Shown here piece by piece: positions 33,971 through 34,094 of a stretch of DNA of 34,094 bases; the first letter of the stretch is position 1; every line of letters starts with the position of its first letter. The DNA comes from an uncultured Candidatus Saccharibacteria bacterium (GTDB lineage: Bacteria; Patescibacteriota; Minisyncoccia; Phycocordibacterales; PALSA-1337). A model generated the notes under the pieces. The model was given only the letters and a program-made list of their open reading frames with translations. It had not been told where the DNA came from and made no database searches. The position numbers were made by a program, and so were the translations under genes. The DNA is taken from the NCBI GenBank assembly GCA_964362725.1, contig CAYIFO010000003.1, positions 1 through 34,094 of the forward strand. Reading direction: 5' to 3'.

Positions 33971-34021
33971 CCAGTTCAGGATCTCGTTCTTTCATTTTCG
34001 TTATATAATCTTTTACATTAT

Positions 34022-34094
34022 TATGCTTTAATGATGGTATTGTATTGATACTGCTCATGCTTTACCAACCACAGGGGTTGGTTGGGGAGTATAG
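34022..34094 (+). pseudogene. orphan 3' fragment of a livM-like gene (runs off the window end)
   Basis: 34046-34094 aligns with the 3' end of livM at 29317-29365: a 20-nt identical core TGATACTGCTCATGCTTTAC, then 24 of 29 matches. It translates as 'GIVLILLMLYQPQGLVGEYR' against livM 'GVILILLMLYRPQGLVGEYRL'. The frame opens only at 34009 (TAA at 34006-34008), so no permease body precedes it. Confidence 0.6.

Noticed and set aside
1-34094. tRNA, rRNA, CRISPR array or IS element with terminal inverted repeats
   Set aside because: I scanned all intergenic stretches over 80 nt (9400-9533, 10539-10812, 12343-12458, 13086-13426, 14186-14298, 16029-16382, 17628-17891, 31707-31869, 33860-34094). I saw no T-loop-type GGTTCGAAT motif with an acceptor stem, no regularly spaced repeat-spacer pattern and no transposase ORF. 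This was a by-eye scan only.

Overview
Gene-dense 34-kb window, almost entirely + strand, from a low-GC bacterium. The small genes, membrane-anchored solute-binding proteins and archaeal-type ProRS suggest an uncultivated, possibly CPR/Patescibacteria-like lineage, but this cannot be proven from the sequence. I saw no rRNA, tRNA or CRISPR array. Modules, left to right: (1) Housekeeping genes: histidine phosphatase, alanine racemase (-), proS. (2) A five-gene, translationally coupled operon starting 5 nt after proS: orphan protein, SAM methyltransferase, orphan protein, a MurF-like ligase lacking the N-terminal domain, and a CphA/GshF-type ATP-grasp ligase. (3) A patch of gene fragments (RhuM N-terminus joined to an alpha/beta-hydrolase C-terminus), followed by NUDIX and guaA. 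(4) An accessory stretch: short UbiA-type prenyltransferase, PL14-like lyase, then SET-domain protein, SAM-MT, cyclodipeptide synthase (CDPS), a second SET-domain protein and an AlkD-like DNA glycosylase. (5) A visibly more GC-rich right half: a secreted papain-like peptidase with PKD and Fn3 domains (-), csoR-copA-HMA membrane protein-cupredoxin with a clear CsoR operator, and a liv-type ABC locus. The liv locus has four paralogous binding proteins, is interrupted by an AT-rich AAA ATPase cassette carrying 21-bp tandem repeats and by a GC-rich receiver-domain gene, and ends in a duplicated livM 3' fragment. The best candidates for undescribed biology are the SET/MT/CDPS/SET/AlkD cluster and the proS-coupled ligase operon. 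All family calls rest on motif recognition by eye and need profile searches.
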